A stretch of 53,331 bases of DNA from an uncultured Chthoniobacteraceae bacterium (GCA_964651005.1 CAZYVL010000002.1:1275-54605); one strand, 5' to 3'. Numbered from the stretch's first letter, positions 41,111 to 50,956 are shown. Made by a program: numbers and translations. The notes: generated by a model from the sequence alone, not told the origin.

Positions 41111-41394
41111 TGAACGAGCCGTACGAATTGATTCAAACGCCTGTCCTGACGGAAAAGGCCACTCTGCTGAGCGAAAAACAAGGGAAATACGTCTTCCGCG
41201 TCTCCCCGCGCGCGAACAAGCTGGAGATCAAGCAGGCGATCGAGAGACTTTTCGGCAAGAAGGTGGCGGCTGTGAATACCGCCAATTTCGCCGGAAAAAA
41301 ACGCCGCCAGCGCCGCCCCGACGCCGGGCGCACCGCGCATTGGAAGAAGGCGATTGTCACCCTCAAGGCCGGGGAGAAGATTGATCTGGCCTAG
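41110..41394 (+). CDS. rplW: 50S ribosomal protein L23
   Basis: ...PVLTEKATLLSEKQGKYVFRVSPRANKLEIKQAIERLFG.KV..VNT... Confidence 0.96.
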   Translation: MNEPYELIQTPVLTEKATLLSEKQGKYVFRVSPRANKLEIKQAIERLFGKKVAAVNTANFAGKKRRQRRPDAGRTAHWKKAIVTLKAGEKIDLA

Positions 41395-41442
41395 GCCAAT
41401 AATTCAAGAGGCCACTGACGCCACCAACAGCATTTCACGAAC

Positions 41443-42285
41443 ATGGCACTGAAAACTTTCCGTCCTCTGACCCCGACGCAGCGCTTCAAGGCGCTCCCGG
41501 CGTTCGACGAGATTACGAAAAAGAAGCCCGAGAAAAGCCTTCTCGCACCGAAGCGCAGGACCGGCGGCCGCAACAACCGGGGCCGGTTGACCTCGCGCCA
41601 CATCGGCGGCGGGCACAAGCAGAAGTACCGGCTGATCGACTTTAAACGCCGCAAGCACGGAGTCGTCGCGGAAGTGGTCGGGATCGAGTACGATCCGAAC
41701 CGTTCTGCACGCATCGCGCTGCTCCGCTACGCGGACGGCGAGAAGAGCTACATTCTCGCGCCGGTGGGTCTCACCGTGGGCCGGAAGGTTTCTTCCGGCG
41801 AAGAGGCTGCTCCGGAAGTCGGCAACGCGCTCCCGCTCAAAAACATCCCGCTCGGCTCTTCGATTCACAACATCGAGTTGATCCCGGGGCGTGGCGGCCA
41901 GATCGCACGCAGCGCCGGGCAACAGGCGGTCCTGAGCAACCGTGAGGGTGGCTATGCCCTTGTCAAGATGCCTTCGGGCGAGATTCGCAAGATTCACGAG
42001 TCGGCCTATGCGACGCTCGGCCAGGTGGGCAACGTCGATCACATGAACGTCTCTTCCGGCAAAGCGGGCCGTTCCCGCTGGTTGGGCCGTCGGCCCCATG
42101 TCCGTGGCATGGTGATGAACCCGGTCGATCACCCGATGGGTGGCGGCCAGGGTAAATCGAAGGGCGGCGGCGGACGCCACCACCCGATGAGCCCGTGGGG
42201 CCAGTTGGCCAAGGGCTTTAAGACCCGCCGCAAGCACAAGGAGAGCAACAACTTCATCGTGCAGCGCCGCAACGCCAAGAAGTAG
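41443..42285 (+). CDS. rplB: 50S ribosomal protein L2
   Basis: [14 protein letters not shown]...GRNNRGR.TSRH.GGGHK..YR.IDF...[14 protein letters not shown]. Confidence 0.97.
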   Translation: MALKTFRPLTPTQRFKALPAFDEITKKKPEKSLLAPKRRTGGRNNRGRLTSRHIGGGHKQKYRLIDFKRRKHGVVAEVVGIEYDPNRSARIALLRYADGEKSYILAPVGLTVGRKVSSGEEAAPEVGNALPLKNIPLGSSIHNIELIPGRGGQIARSAGQQAVLSNREGGYALVKMPSGEIRKIHESAYATLGQVGNVDHMNVSSGKAGRSRWLGRRPHVRGMVMNPVDHPMGGGQGKSKGGGGRHHPMSPWGQLAKGFKTRRKHKESNNFIVQRRNAKK

Positions 42286-42327
42286 AGCCAAGAAGTAGAG
42301 AAGCAACGCCTGACTGACTGACAGATT

Positions 42328-42606
42328 ATGGGAAGATCACTGAAAAAAGGGCCTTTCGTCGCGCTCCATCTGCTCGAAAAAATCGACAAGATGAACGAGG
42401 GCGGGGTGAAAAAGCCGATCAAGACCTGGTCGCGCCGGTCGATGATTACGCCGGACTTTGTCGGGCATACGTTCCTGGTGCACAACGGCAAGATTTTCAA
42501 CTCGGTATTCGTGACCGAAAATATGGTCGGTCACAAACTTGGGGAGTTTTCCCCGACGCGTGTGTTCAAGAAGCACGGAGCACACACGGCCAAGGTGACG
42601 AAGTAG
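42328..42606 (+). CDS. rpsS: 30S ribosomal protein S19
   Basis: [11 protein letters not shown]...[25 protein letters not shown]...GHKLGEF.PTR. Confidence 0.97.
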   Translation: MGRSLKKGPFVALHLLEKIDKMNEGGVKKPIKTWSRRSMITPDFVGHTFLVHNGKIFNSVFVTENMVGHKLGEFSPTRVFKKHGAHTAKVTK

Positions 42607-42608
42607 CG

Positions 42609-43460
42609 ATGTGGCGTCCTGCTTTACGGGCAGGAGCGGCGAAAGCCGTACACGCGACGCCCGCCTGCGGGGTGTTGCGAGCGTTCACGGCGCTGCTGGT
42701 GCTTCTGGCGCCGACAAGTGGGTCGGCGGCCAGTGGGGGGAGTTCTTTCTCAGATCTAGACATCGAATTTACGGAGGCGAAATTGACGCTTCAGACAGTG
42801 ACTGCCGAGAACCAGCTTCTCCGGCAGCAACTCGATGAAGCGCGGAGCGCCGTGAAATCACTGACCGAAAGCCTCGCCGTTGCCAACGGGGAAGCCGAGG
42901 TCTTCCGGAAGGAGGCGGCGGAGCAGAAGCTGCGGATGGAGGCGCTTGGAGTCGATGGACTCAGCGGCGACAGAAGCAAGCTCGAGCAACGTCTCCTGAA
43001 AGGAGTGCGCGATCTTCAACTGCTGCAAAGCGAGAAGGATCAGCTCGCAGACGAGCTGCTTCAGCTTAGCGAAGCGGTGTTGCGGTTCGCCAAGGGGGCA
43101 ACCACCGACGATGCCGAAGCGCGTCTTGCCTTGGAGGCGAGGTTGCGCAGCGCGGCTGGTGCGCTGGGGGTCCCCGGGAGTGAAACCGCTGGAGAGAAGG
43201 AAAACCAGCCCGGCGCGGATTTGACGCGGGGGATGGTCATCAGCATCAAGGAGGAGTGGTCGCTGGTGGTGGGTAACCTCGGGAGCCAACAAGGCGTCCG
43301 GGTGGGGATGCCCTTCCGGGTAATCCGGGACGGAAACGAGATCGGAGTGATCCGGGCCGTGGACGTGCGGGAAAAAATTTTCGGCGGAGTGATACAAAGT
43401 CTGGACTCTGGGAAGAACAAAATTAAAGTCGGCGACCGCCTTAAGGTGGACACCAGGTAA
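42609..43460 (+). CDS. Non-ribosomal hypothetical protein: signal peptide, ~150-aa coiled coil and a ~75-aa C-terminal beta-rich domain, embedded in the S10 operon
   Basis: The ATG lies 2 nt after the rpsS stop, and the stop lies 12 nt before the rplV ATG. An alternative GTG at 42672 gives MLRAFTALLVLLAPTSGSAAS. Heptad-rich segments include ENQLLRQQLDEARSAVKSLTESL and LQLLQSEKDQLADELLQL. The C-terminus is GMVISIKEEWSLVVGNLGSQQGVRVGMPFRVIRDGNEIGVIRAVDV...KIKVGDRLKV. No competing ORF looks credible. Confidence 0.7.
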   Translation: MWRPALRAGAAKAVHATPACGVLRAFTALLVLLAPTSGSAASGGSSFSDLDIEFTEAKLTLQTVTAENQLLRQQLDEARSAVKSLTESLAVANGEAEVFRKEAAEQKLRMEALGVDGLSGDRSKLEQRLLKGVRDLQLLQSEKDQLADELLQLSEAVLRFAKGATTDDAEARLALEARLRSAAGALGVPGSETAGEKENQPGADLTRGMVISIKEEWSLVVGNLGSQQGVRVGMPFRVIRDGNEIGVIRAVDVREKIFGGVIQSLDSGKNKIKVGDRLKVDTR

Positions 43461-43472
43461 TTTTTAACCAAC

Positions 43473-43901
43473 ATGCAGATTCATTCGACATACAAGTATG
43501 CGCGCATTTCGGCCTTCAAGGCCCGGGAGGTGACGCGCGAAATTCAGGGCCTGCCGGTCGCGGCGGCGCTGGACATCGTTGCGTTCAGCCCGAAGAGGGC
43601 TGCCGTGCTCGTGGCCAAGACGCTTAAGAGCGCGGTCGCCAACGCCGAAAACAACGCCAATCTGCGCGTGGATACACTGGTTGTCCAGGAAGCCACCGTC
43701 GGCGAAGGCCCGACCCTGAAGCGGTCGCAGCCGAAAGCGCGGGGGAGCGCCGGCCCCATTCTCAAGCGGTCCTCGCATATTCGGATCATCCTTTCCGACG
43801 AGATCGCCATCAAACCCCCCAAAGCGAAAGCGAAACCCCGCAACCGGACGACCGGGAAGGCCCGGAGCCGAAAGAGCGCACCAAGTCAGGAGAGCAAGTA
43901 A
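43473..43901 (+). CDS. rplV: 50S ribosomal protein L22 (with a Lys/Arg-rich C-terminal extension)
   Basis: ...[38 protein letters not shown]... Confidence 0.95.
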   Translation: MQIHSTYKYARISAFKAREVTREIQGLPVAAALDIVAFSPKRAAVLVAKTLKSAVANAENNANLRVDTLVVQEATVGEGPTLKRSQPKARGSAGPILKRSSHIRIILSDEIAIKPPKAKAKPRNRTTGKARSRKSAPSQESK

Positions 43902-43905
43902 TTTT

Positions 43906-44604
43906 ATGGGTCAGAAAGTCAATCCAATCGGTTACCGCCTCGCCCTCAACCGGGACTGGCGCTCGCGGTGGTACGCGTCGCCCAAGGACTTCCCGGAGTT
44001 TCTTCATGCGGATCTGAAAATCCGCGGCTACGTCAAGAAGAAGCTCGCGCTGGCCGCCGTCTCCAAGATCGTCATTGAGCGTGCTTGGAACAGCCTTCGC
44101 GTGACGATCTACACCGCCCGGCCCGGCATTGTCATTGGCCGCAAGGGGACGGAGATCGAAAAGATGACCGAGGAGATCGCTTCGATGTCCGGGGGCAAGC
44201 AGGTCAAGATCGACATTCAGGAGATCAAGACGCCGGAACTCGACGCGCAGCTCGTCGCGGAGAACATCTCTCTCCAGATCGAGCGCCGCATTTCGTTCCG
44301 CCGCGCGATGAAGAAGGCGGTTCAGACGACGATGGATTTCGGAGCGCAGGGGGTCAAGGTCCGCTGCGCCGGGCGTCTTGGCGGGGCGGAAATCTCCCGC
44401 GCCGAGCGTTACCACGAAGGGAAAGTGCCGCTGCACACGCTGCGCACCCCGATCGACTACGGCTTCGCCGAGGCGGAGACGGTTTATGGAAAGATCGGCG
44501 TCAAGGTCTGGCTCTGCAAACCCGAGCCGGGAACCGAAGTGGCGCCGCCCGCCCGCGAACCGAGGGAGCCGCGCGAAGGACGCGACCGCAACCGCCATTC
44601 CTGA
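43906..44604 (+). CDS. rpsC: 30S ribosomal protein S3
   Basis: [12 protein letters not shown]...W.SRWYA...I.RPG.VIGRKG.EIE...[10 protein letters not shown]...[12 protein letters not shown]. Confidence 0.97.
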   Translation: MGQKVNPIGYRLALNRDWRSRWYASPKDFPEFLHADLKIRGYVKKKLALAAVSKIVIERAWNSLRVTIYTARPGIVIGRKGTEIEKMTEEIASMSGGKQVKIDIQEIKTPELDAQLVAENISLQIERRISFRRAMKKAVQTTMDFGAQGVKVRCAGRLGGAEISRAERYHEGKVPLHTLRTPIDYGFAEAETVYGKIGVKVWLCKPEPGTEVAPPAREPREPREGRDRNRHS

Positions 44605-44663
44605 CGCCCGCCAAGGAGGCCGACCGACACCCAAGCCCGAGAATTTTTTAGAGGAGATTCACT

Positions 44664-45086
44664 ATGCCACTGATGCCAAAACGCGTGAAGTACCGGAAGA
44701 CCCAGCGGGGTAGCCGCAAGGGAACCGCTTCGCGCAACGTGACCATCGACTTCGGCGCTTACGCGCTACAGACTTTGGAGCGCGCCTGGATCACCAACAC
44801 CCAGATCGAGGCCGCCCGCGTCGCCTTGACCCGCAACATGAAGCGCAAAGGGAAGCTTTGGATTCGGATTTTTCCGGATAAATCCGTGACCTCCCGCCCG
44901 CCGGAAACCCGAATGGGAAAAGGCAAGGGCGCGCCGGAATACTGGGTTGCCGTGGTTCGGCCCGGAAACATCCTTTTTGAACTCGACGGCATTTCGGAGT
45001 CGGTCGCGCGGGAGTCCCTGCGCCTCGCTGCAACGAAACTGCCGATCCGCACCCGTTTCCTCAGCCGCCACCGCGCGGCGGCGTAA
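44664..45086 (+). CDS. rplP: 50S ribosomal protein L16
   Basis: [14 protein letters not shown]...[38 protein letters not shown]. Confidence 0.97.
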   Translation: MPLMPKRVKYRKTQRGSRKGTASRNVTIDFGAYALQTLERAWITNTQIEAARVALTRNMKRKGKLWIRIFPDKSVTSRPPETRMGKGKGAPEYWVAVVRPGNILFELDGISESVARESLRLAATKLPIRTRFLSRHRAAA

Positions 45087-45134
45087 GGCGGCCCAAGCTC
45101 CGACTTCGCGACCACCAAGCCGCACCACCAAGGT

Positions 45135-45356
45135 ATGAAGATTAAAGAAATCAGAGAAGCAACCAGCGAAGAGCTGGCGGGCCGCAAGCGCGAGCTGCGG
45201 GAAGCCGCCTTCCGCCTCCGCATTCAGGGAAAGATCGGCCAGCTCGAAAAGCCGAGCGAGATCCGCGCCACTCGGCGCGAGGTCGCCCGAATCGAAACGG
45301 TGCTTTCCGAACGCCGCGCCCAGCAGGCCGCGGCCGCATCCCAAGCGAAACCATGA
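45135..45356 (+). CDS. rpmC: 50S ribosomal protein L29
   Basis: [31 protein letters not shown]...R.ARIETVL. Confidence 0.93.
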   Translation: MKIKEIREATSEELAGRKRELREAAFRLRIQGKIGQLEKPSEIRATRREVARIETVLSERRAQQAAAASQAKP

Positions 45357-45640
45357 GCGAGAATCAAACGATCGAAAACCAAGAGGCCCAAAGCGTTCGC
45401 AACCTTCGCAAGACGAGGGTGGGACAGGTGGTTTCCAACAAGGCCAACAAGACCGCTGTCGTCGAGACGGTGACCCGCGTGCCGCATCCCCGCTTTGGCA
45501 AGATTGTCAAGCAGGTGAAAAAGTACCACGCGCACGACGAGGAGAACCAGGCGCAGGTCGGGGATACCGTCCGCATCATGGAGACCCGCCCCCTCAGCAA
45601 ATTGAAACGCTGGAGGATTGTTGAAATCCTCAAACATTAG
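45353..45640 (+). CDS. rpsQ: 30S ribosomal protein S17
   Basis: ...[43 protein letters not shown]....GD.V.I.ETRPLSK.KRW. Confidence 0.95.
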   Translation: MSENQTIENQEAQSVRNLRKTRVGQVVSNKANKTAVVETVTRVPHPRFGKIVKQVKKYHAHDEENQAQVGDTVRIMETRPLSKLKRWRIVEILKH

Positions 45641-45667
45641 TGTAAGCTCACACCCCTTTTTCGCAAT

Positions 45668-46033
45668 ATGCTCCAGATTCGATCCAGACTCGACGTTGCC
45701 GACAACACGGGCGCCCGGATGGCCAAGATGATCGGCGTCATCGGCAAGCCGACCAAAGAAGCGCGCGTCGGCGACATTATCACCGCCCACATTCGCGAGG
45801 CTTCGCCCGGCGGGAGCGTGAAAAAGGGCGATGTGGTTCGCGCCGTTGTGGTGCGGACCAAGCACCCGATCCGTCGCGAAGACGGCTCCTATCTCCGGTT
45901 TGACAAGAACGCCATCGTCATCATCGACAAGGATTCGAACCCGCGCGGAACCCGTATTTTCGGGCCGGTGGCCCGCGAGTTGCGCGAGCGCAACTTCATG
46001 AAAATCGTTTCGCTTGCCCCGGAGGTGCTGTAA
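45668..46033 (+). CDS. rplN: 50S ribosomal protein L14
   Basis: [17 protein letters not shown]......G......A.VGD.I......A.PGG.VKKGDVV.AVVVRT....RR.DGSY.RFD.NA.V.I. Confidence 0.97.
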   Translation: MLQIRSRLDVADNTGARMAKMIGVIGKPTKEARVGDIITAHIREASPGGSVKKGDVVRAVVVRTKHPIRREDGSYLRFDKNAIVIIDKDSNPRGTRIFGPVARELRERNFMKIVSLAPEVL

Positions 46034-46037
46034 GCTC

Positions 46038-46322
46038 ATGAGCCAGAAATTTCACGTCAAGAAAGGGGACCACGTTGAAGTGATCTCCGGCAATCACAAG
46101 GGAACTACGGGGAAGATTCTCCAGCTGCTCCCGAAGAAAAGCCAGGTGTTGATCGAGGGCGTTCACCTCATCAAGAAACACACCCGCAAGTCCCAGGAGA
46201 ACCCCCAGGGGGCGATCATCGAACGCGAGGGGCCGGTGCACGTTTCCAACGTGAAGGTGGTCGAGAAGGCCGCCAAGTCCACGGGGAAATCCGCCGGGAA
46301 AAAGGGGAACAAGGCCGCCTAG
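46038..46322 (+). CDS. rplX: 50S ribosomal protein L24
   Basis: From the ATG at 46038: [28 protein letters not shown] (KOW motif). The track's 46014 start overlaps the end of rplN. Confidence 0.95.
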   Translation: MSQKFHVKKGDHVEVISGNHKGTTGKILQLLPKKSQVLIEGVHLIKKHTRKSQENPQGAIIEREGPVHVSNVKVVEKAAKSTGKSAGKKGNKAA

Positions 46323-46366
46323 GCGGCATCACGCCAGCATTCGCAGCAATCGTGTAGCAATCGTTT

Positions 46367-46927
46367 ATGCCAGTCGCACTTTACAAAGAATATAAGGAAC
46401 GGGTGGTTCCCGCGCTCAAGGCCCAGCTTGGCTGCGCGAACATCCATGAAGTTCCGCGCGTCGAAAAGATCGTGGTGAACACAAGCGTTGGCTCGTCCTC
46501 GGATGTCAAGCAGGCGCTTGAGGACGCCAAGAACGAGCTCGCGCTCATCACCGGGCAGCGGCCCGCCGAAACTCGCGCCAAGAAGAGCATCTCCAACTTC
46601 AAGCTCCGCGAGGCGCAGCCAATCGGCGCGAAGGTCACTCTGCGTGGACCGAAGATGTACGAGTTCCTGGAGCGGTTCATCAAGATGGCGCTCCCTCGCA
46701 TTCGCGACTTTCGCGGCATCTCCCCCCGGGCCTTCGACGGGCGGGGGAACTACACGATCGGCGTCGCCGACCAGAGCATTTTCCCGGAAGTTGAGCTCGA
46801 CAAGATCAAGCGCAACATCGGGTTTGACGTGACGATTGTCACCTCCGCCCGCAAAGATGAGCATGCCAAGGCACTGCTGACCGAACTGGGAGTCCCCTTT
46901 ACCGACAAGGCGCGGAGGGCCGCCTGA
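46367..46927 (+). CDS. rplE: 50S ribosomal protein L5
   Basis: ...P.V.KIVVN.....S.D.K.LE.A...L..ITGQ.P....AKKSI.NFKLRE...IG.KVTLRG..MYEFL.R... Confidence 0.97.
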   Translation: MPVALYKEYKERVVPALKAQLGCANIHEVPRVEKIVVNTSVGSSSDVKQALEDAKNELALITGQRPAETRAKKSISNFKLREAQPIGAKVTLRGPKMYEFLERFIKMALPRIRDFRGISPRAFDGRGNYTIGVADQSIFPEVELDKIKRNIGFDVTIVTSARKDEHAKALLTELGVPFTDKARRAA

Positions 46928-46971
46928 CCGGCCTCCGCAGGGAGTTCCGGGTATTCTTTAAACAGTAGATT

Positions 46972-47370
46972 ATGAGCAATTTGTCCGATCCTATCGCAGA
47001 TTTCCTGACGCGGCTGCGCAACGCAGCTGGCGCTCAGAAGGCGGAAACCGTTGTTCCCTATTCGAAGATCAAGATCGAGATCGCCCGCATCCTCAAGGAG
47101 GAAGGGTATATCTCGAACTATGAACTCGACACCACGGGCGCGTTTCCTCAAATTCGTATCGCCAACAAGTTCGTGAACCGCACGCCTGCGATCACCGGAC
47201 TCAAGCGCGTGAGCCGCCCCGGGCTTCGCCGTTATGTCGGCTCGCGGGAAATCCCCCGCGTGCTGGGTGGCCTCGGGGTCTCCATCCTCTCCACGCCTCG
47301 CGGGATCGTCACGGGCCGTGAAGCAAAGAAACAGAATGTCGGCGGCGAGCTGCTCGCCTACGTCTGGTAA
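46972..47370 (+). CDS. rpsH: 30S ribosomal protein S8
   Basis: SDPIADFLTRLRNA......V.P.SK.K..IA.ILKEEGYI......SRPGLR.Y.....IP.V..GLG..ILST..G... Confidence 0.97.
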   Translation: MSNLSDPIADFLTRLRNAAGAQKAETVVPYSKIKIEIARILKEEGYISNYELDTTGAFPQIRIANKFVNRTPAITGLKRVSRPGLRRYVGSREIPRVLGGLGVSILSTPRGIVTGREAKKQNVGGELLAYVW

Positions 47371-47385
47371 CCTGGTAATTGCCGT

Positions 47386-47925
47386 ATGTCGCGAATTGGA
47401 AAAAAGGTCATTGATCTGCCGGGTTCGGTCAAGGTCGCCATCTCTCCCGAAGGGGGAGTGAAAGTCGAAGGCCCGAAGGGGAAACTCGAATGGACGCTGC
47501 CGAAACAGATCAAGGCGCGTATCGAAGAATCGACGCTGCACGTTGAACGTAGCAGCGAGAACCGCAATGTCCGGGCGCTGCACGGGCTTTCCCGCTCGCT
47601 GGTGGCCAACATGGTCACGGGCGTTTCCGCCGGGTTCGTCCGGGAACTGGAGATTCACGGGGTCGGCTTCAAGGCTGCCGTGCAAGGCTCCGCGCTGAAT
47701 CTTGCGCTCGGTTTTTCGCACCCGATTCTCTTCCCGATCCCGGAGGGGATCAAGATCACCGTCACCGACAACACCAAGATCCGCGTCGAAGGGATCGACA
47801 AGAAGGTGGTCGGCCAGGTCGCCGCGGATATTCGCGCCTACTATCCGCCCGAGCCTTACAAGGGCAAGGGAGTGCGCTACGCGGGCGAACAGATCGCACG
47901 CAAGGAAGGCAAGACAGTTCAGTAA
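47386..47925 (+). CDS. rplF: 50S ribosomal protein L6
   Basis: MSRIGKKVIDLPGSVKV......V.V.GPKG.L......HG..R.L..NM..GV..GF...LEI.GVG..A...PEPYKGKG.RY..E. Confidence 0.97.
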   Translation: MSRIGKKVIDLPGSVKVAISPEGGVKVEGPKGKLEWTLPKQIKARIEESTLHVERSSENRNVRALHGLSRSLVANMVTGVSAGFVRELEIHGVGFKAAVQGSALNLALGFSHPILFPIPEGIKITVTDNTKIRVEGIDKKVVGQVAADIRAYYPPEPYKGKGVRYAGEQIARKEGKTVQ

Positions 47926-47949
47926 CCGAAATCTTTGGAGTAACGTCGT

Positions 47950-48306
47950 ATGGCTTCTCTGCAAAAAGTTAAAATGCGCCACACCCGCATTCGCAAGCGG
48001 GTTTCGGGAACGGCGGAACGCCCCCGGCTGGCCGTCCATTTCTCGGGTAAAAACATTTACGCCCAGGTGATTGACGACGAGGCGGGGCGGACCCTGGCGG
48101 CTGCGGCCACCACGGAAAAAAGCCTCAAGGGCGACAAGTCGCTCCGGGCCAACGTCGCCACCGCCCGGACCATCGGCAAGCTGGTGGCCGAGCGCAGCAA
48201 AAGCGCGCAGGTCGGCAAGGTCGTGTTCGACCGTGGCGGCTTTCAGTATCACGGCAAAGTAAAAGCGCTGGCGGACGCCGCGCGTGAAGCGGGACTTGAT
48301 TTTTAA
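47950..48306 (+). CDS. rplR: 50S ribosomal protein L18
   Basis: ...R..RIRKR..GT.ERPRL.V..S.K.IYAQ.IDD..G.TLA.A.T......[22 protein letters not shown]. Confidence 0.96.
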   Translation: MASLQKVKMRHTRIRKRVSGTAERPRLAVHFSGKNIYAQVIDDEAGRTLAAAATTEKSLKGDKSLRANVATARTIGKLVAERSKSAQVGKVVFDRGGFQYHGKVKALADAAREAGLDF

Positions 48307-48308
48307 TT

Positions 48309-48887
48309 ATGGCAGCTCCTCATCGTAAACACGACCGCCGCGGCGACCGGAGGGATTCTTCCGAGCCGAAGTCCGACCTCATCGAGAAGGTGGTCTTCAT
48401 CAACCGCTGCGCGAAAGTCGTCAAAGGCGGCCGCCGTTTCAGCTTTAGCGCCCTGATCGTCACCGGCAACCGTGCCGGGAAGGTTGGCTACGGTTTCGGC
48501 AAGGCGAACGAAGTCTCCGAAGCGATCCGCAAGGCTTCCGAAGCCGCCAAAAAGGCGCTGCGCGTCGTCGCGATCCGCGAGAACACGATCCCCCATGAGG
48601 TGATCGGCGAGTTCGGCGGTGGCCGCGTGCTTCTGCGCCCCGCCTCCCCGGGAACCGGGGTGATCGCGGGAGGCGGCGTGCGCGCCGTCATCGAAGCGGC
48701 GGGCATCCGGGATGTTCTCGCCAAATCCCTCGGCTCTAACAACCACGCCAACGTCGTCAAGGCGACCATCGAAGCTCTCAACGGCTTGCGGTTGCGTGAC
48801 GAAGTGTTTCGAATTCGCGGCATCGCCCGGCCCGCTCCGACGGCCCCCGCTGCTTCGGAACCCGCCCCGGCCACAGCCGAGGCTTGA
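48309..48887 (+). CDS. rpsE: 30S ribosomal protein S5 (Pro/Ala-rich C-terminal tail)
   Basis: ...[19 protein letters not shown]...G.VG.G.GKA.EV..AI.KA...A.......[17 protein letters not shown].... Confidence 0.96.
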   Translation: MAAPHRKHDRRGDRRDSSEPKSDLIEKVVFINRCAKVVKGGRRFSFSALIVTGNRAGKVGYGFGKANEVSEAIRKASEAAKKALRVVAIRENTIPHEVIGEFGGGRVLLRPASPGTGVIAGGGVRAVIEAAGIRDVLAKSLGSNNHANVVKATIEALNGLRLRDEVFRIRGIARPAPTAPAASEPAPATAEA

Positions 48888-48982
48888 GAGATGTCGGGCC
48901 TCCCGGACCTGCCGACCGGCGTCGTCTCGCAGAGGCCCACCCAAGCTAAAAGCTTACAACTGCTTTACCAGAGCCAAAATTT

Positions 48983-49435
48983 ATGAATCTCAGCAACTTG
49001 AAACCCCGCCCCGGTTCGAAGCATCGCGTCAAGCGGCTCGGGTGCGGCGAGAGTTCCGGGCACGGCAAAACCTCCGGAAAAGGCCACAAGGGCCAGAAAG
49101 CGCGCTCCGGCGGCTCCATCCGGCTCGGGTTTGAGGGCGGGCAGATGCCGCTCATCCGTCGTTTGCCCAAGCGCGGCTTCAACAACGCCGCGTTTAAAAC
49201 CGTTTACGCCATCGTTAATATTACCGATCTCGCCGCCTTTGAAGACGGCGCGACGGTGAACGAAGCCGCGCTGCTCGAAAAAGGGCTGATCCGTGGCCGT
49301 TACGACGGCGTGAAACTGCTGGCCAACGGGGAAATCAAGACGAAGCTTACCGTCGTTTTCGACAAGGTAAGCGCCGCCGCGGCCGAGAAGGTCCGGAAGG
49401 CCGGGGGTTCCCTCGCGACGGCGGAAGCCAAATAA
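48983..49435 (+). CDS. rplO: 50S ribosomal protein L15
   Basis: MNLSNLKPRPGSKHR.KR.G.G..SG.GKTSG.G.KGQ.ARSGG..R.GFEGGQMPL.RRLPKRGF. Confidence 0.96.
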   Translation: MNLSNLKPRPGSKHRVKRLGCGESSGHGKTSGKGHKGQKARSGGSIRLGFEGGQMPLIRRLPKRGFNNAAFKTVYAIVNITDLAAFEDGATVNEAALLEKGLIRGRYDGVKLLANGEIKTKLTVVFDKVSAAAAEKVRKAGGSLATAEAK

Positions 49436-49453
49436 CGAGGTCCATCCGGCTGC

Positions 49454-50956
49454 ATGATTTCCGCCTTTTCCAACACGTTCAAAGTCCCGGAACTCCGGAA
49501 TCGTGTCCTTTTCACCCTCCTGCTGATTATCGTCATCCGCATCGGGGCGTTTATCGCGGTCCCGGGCGTGGATGCATCGGTGCTCAAGGAGTGGTTCGCC
49601 ACGGAAGTCAACCAGCAGCAGGGCGGGAGCGTCGTCGCGCTCTTTAACCTCTTTAGCGGTGGCGCGCTCGAAAATTGCGCGATCTTCTCGCTCGGGGTGA
49701 TGCCCTACATCAGCGCCTCGATCATGCTGCAACTGCTCACCGCCGTGGTGCCGCAGTTGAGCAAGCTCTCCAAGGAGGACGGTGGGCGGCAGAAGATCAT
49801 GCAGTACACCCGGTACGCAACGATCGGGCTGTGCATCTTTCAGGGCTACCTGCTCGCGCTCACCTTTCAGAACCCGGCGTCGAATCCGATGCTGCCGGGG
49901 ATTGCCGAAACGATCAACCGCCTGGGGCGCAGCCTCGTTGTGGATCCCGGGCCGTTCTTCCTTGTCAGCGCCGTCATTACCATGACGGCCGGAACGATGT
50001 TTTTGATGTGGGTTGGCGACCAGATGACCGACCGAGGGGTTGGCAACGGGATGTCGATGATTATCACCATCGGGATTGTCGCGCAGCTTCCCGGCGGGTT
50101 GGTTCAAGCGTGGCAGTTTTTCGTCCCGAGCGGCGGCGGCAACCAGGTCAACCCGATGGTCTTGGTGATCCTGATTGCCTTTTTGATCCTTGTCGTGGCC
50201 GCCGTAATCGCCGTCACGGAAGGGCAGCGCAAGGTCAGCGTCCAATACGCAAAACGGATCGTGGGCAGGAAGGTGTACGGCGGCCAGACCCAGTACATGC
50301 CGCTCAAGGTCAACTACGCGGGCGTCATGCCGATCATCTTCGCCCAGGCATTGCTGATGTTTCCCGCGCAGATCATCAACATGGCCTTCAAGAACAGCCC
50401 GATGGCGGCCAAGCTCGCGCGCGCCCTTTCCGACGGTTGGCTGCACTACAGCCTTTACGGCGTGATGATCTTCTTCTTCAGCTATTTCTGGGTGGCCACG
50501 CAGTTTCAGCCACAGCAGATCGCCGATGACCTCAAGAAATACGGCGGCTACATTCCGGGCGTGCGTCCTGGTAAACCGACCGCCGATTTCCTCGACTTCT
50601 CGATGAGCCGCCTGACCTTCGCCGGGGCGGTCTTCCTGACGATCATTGCGATTTTGCCGCAGATGCTCAGCCTTCAACTGCACGTTCCGCACATGACGGC
50701 GCAGTTTTTTGGGGGCACCGGGCTTTTGATTATCGTCGGCGTCATCCTCGACACCATGCGGCAGGTGGAAACCTACCTCATCCAACGGCACTACGACGGC
50801 TTCCTCCGGAAAGGAAGACTTCGGGGCCGCGCCGATCGGACGCCGATTGGCCGGGGCGAAGTCGTCCAACAAAACGCGATGGTCTGGGCCTATGTGGCGG
50901 CCGCGCTTCTCTTCATCGGCGGAATGGTGATCTACATCGCCCAGCAGTTGCACTAG
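49454..50956 (+). CDS. secY: Preprotein translocase subunit SecY, with a ~45-aa C-terminal extension containing an extra hydrophobic segment
   Basis: ...ELRNRVLFTLLLIIVIRIG..I.VPG......LF..SGGAL....IF.LG.MPYISASI..QLL...The usual end ..RHYDGFLRKGRLRGR is followed by ADRTPIGRGEVVQQNAMVWAYVAAALLFIGGMVIYIAQQLH. Confidence 0.95.
   Translation: MISAFSNTFKVPELRNRVLFTLLLIIVIRIGAFIAVPGVDASVLKEWFATEVNQQQGGSVVALFNLFSGGALENCAIFSLGVMPYISASIMLQLLTAVVPQLSKLSKEDGGRQKIMQYTRYATIGLCIFQGYLLALTFQNPASNPMLPGIAETINRLGRSLVVDPGPFFLVSAVITMTAGTMFLMWVGDQMTDRGVGNGMSMIITIGIVAQLPGGLVQAWQFFVPSGGGNQVNPMVLVILIAFLILVVAAVIAVTEGQRKVSVQYAKRIVGRKVYGGQTQYMPLKVNYAGVMPIIFAQALLMFPAQIINMAFKNSPMAAKLARALSDGWLHYSLYGVMIFFFSYFWVATQFQPQQIADDLKKYGGYIPGVRPGKPTADFLDFSMSRLTFAGAVFLTIIAILPQMLSLQLHVPHMTAQFFGGTGLLIIVGVILDTMRQVETYLIQRHYDGFLRKGRLRGRADRTPIGRGEVVQQNAMVWAYVAAALLFIGGMVIYIAQQLH

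Noticed and set aside
45931-45948. tRNA T-loop-like string (minus strand GGGTTCGAATCC)
   Set aside because: - It lies inside rplN (codons KDSNPRG).
- The flanking bases do not form a T-stem (GCGGG versus CCTTG) or an acceptor stem.
- I found no tRNA or rRNA gene in the window.
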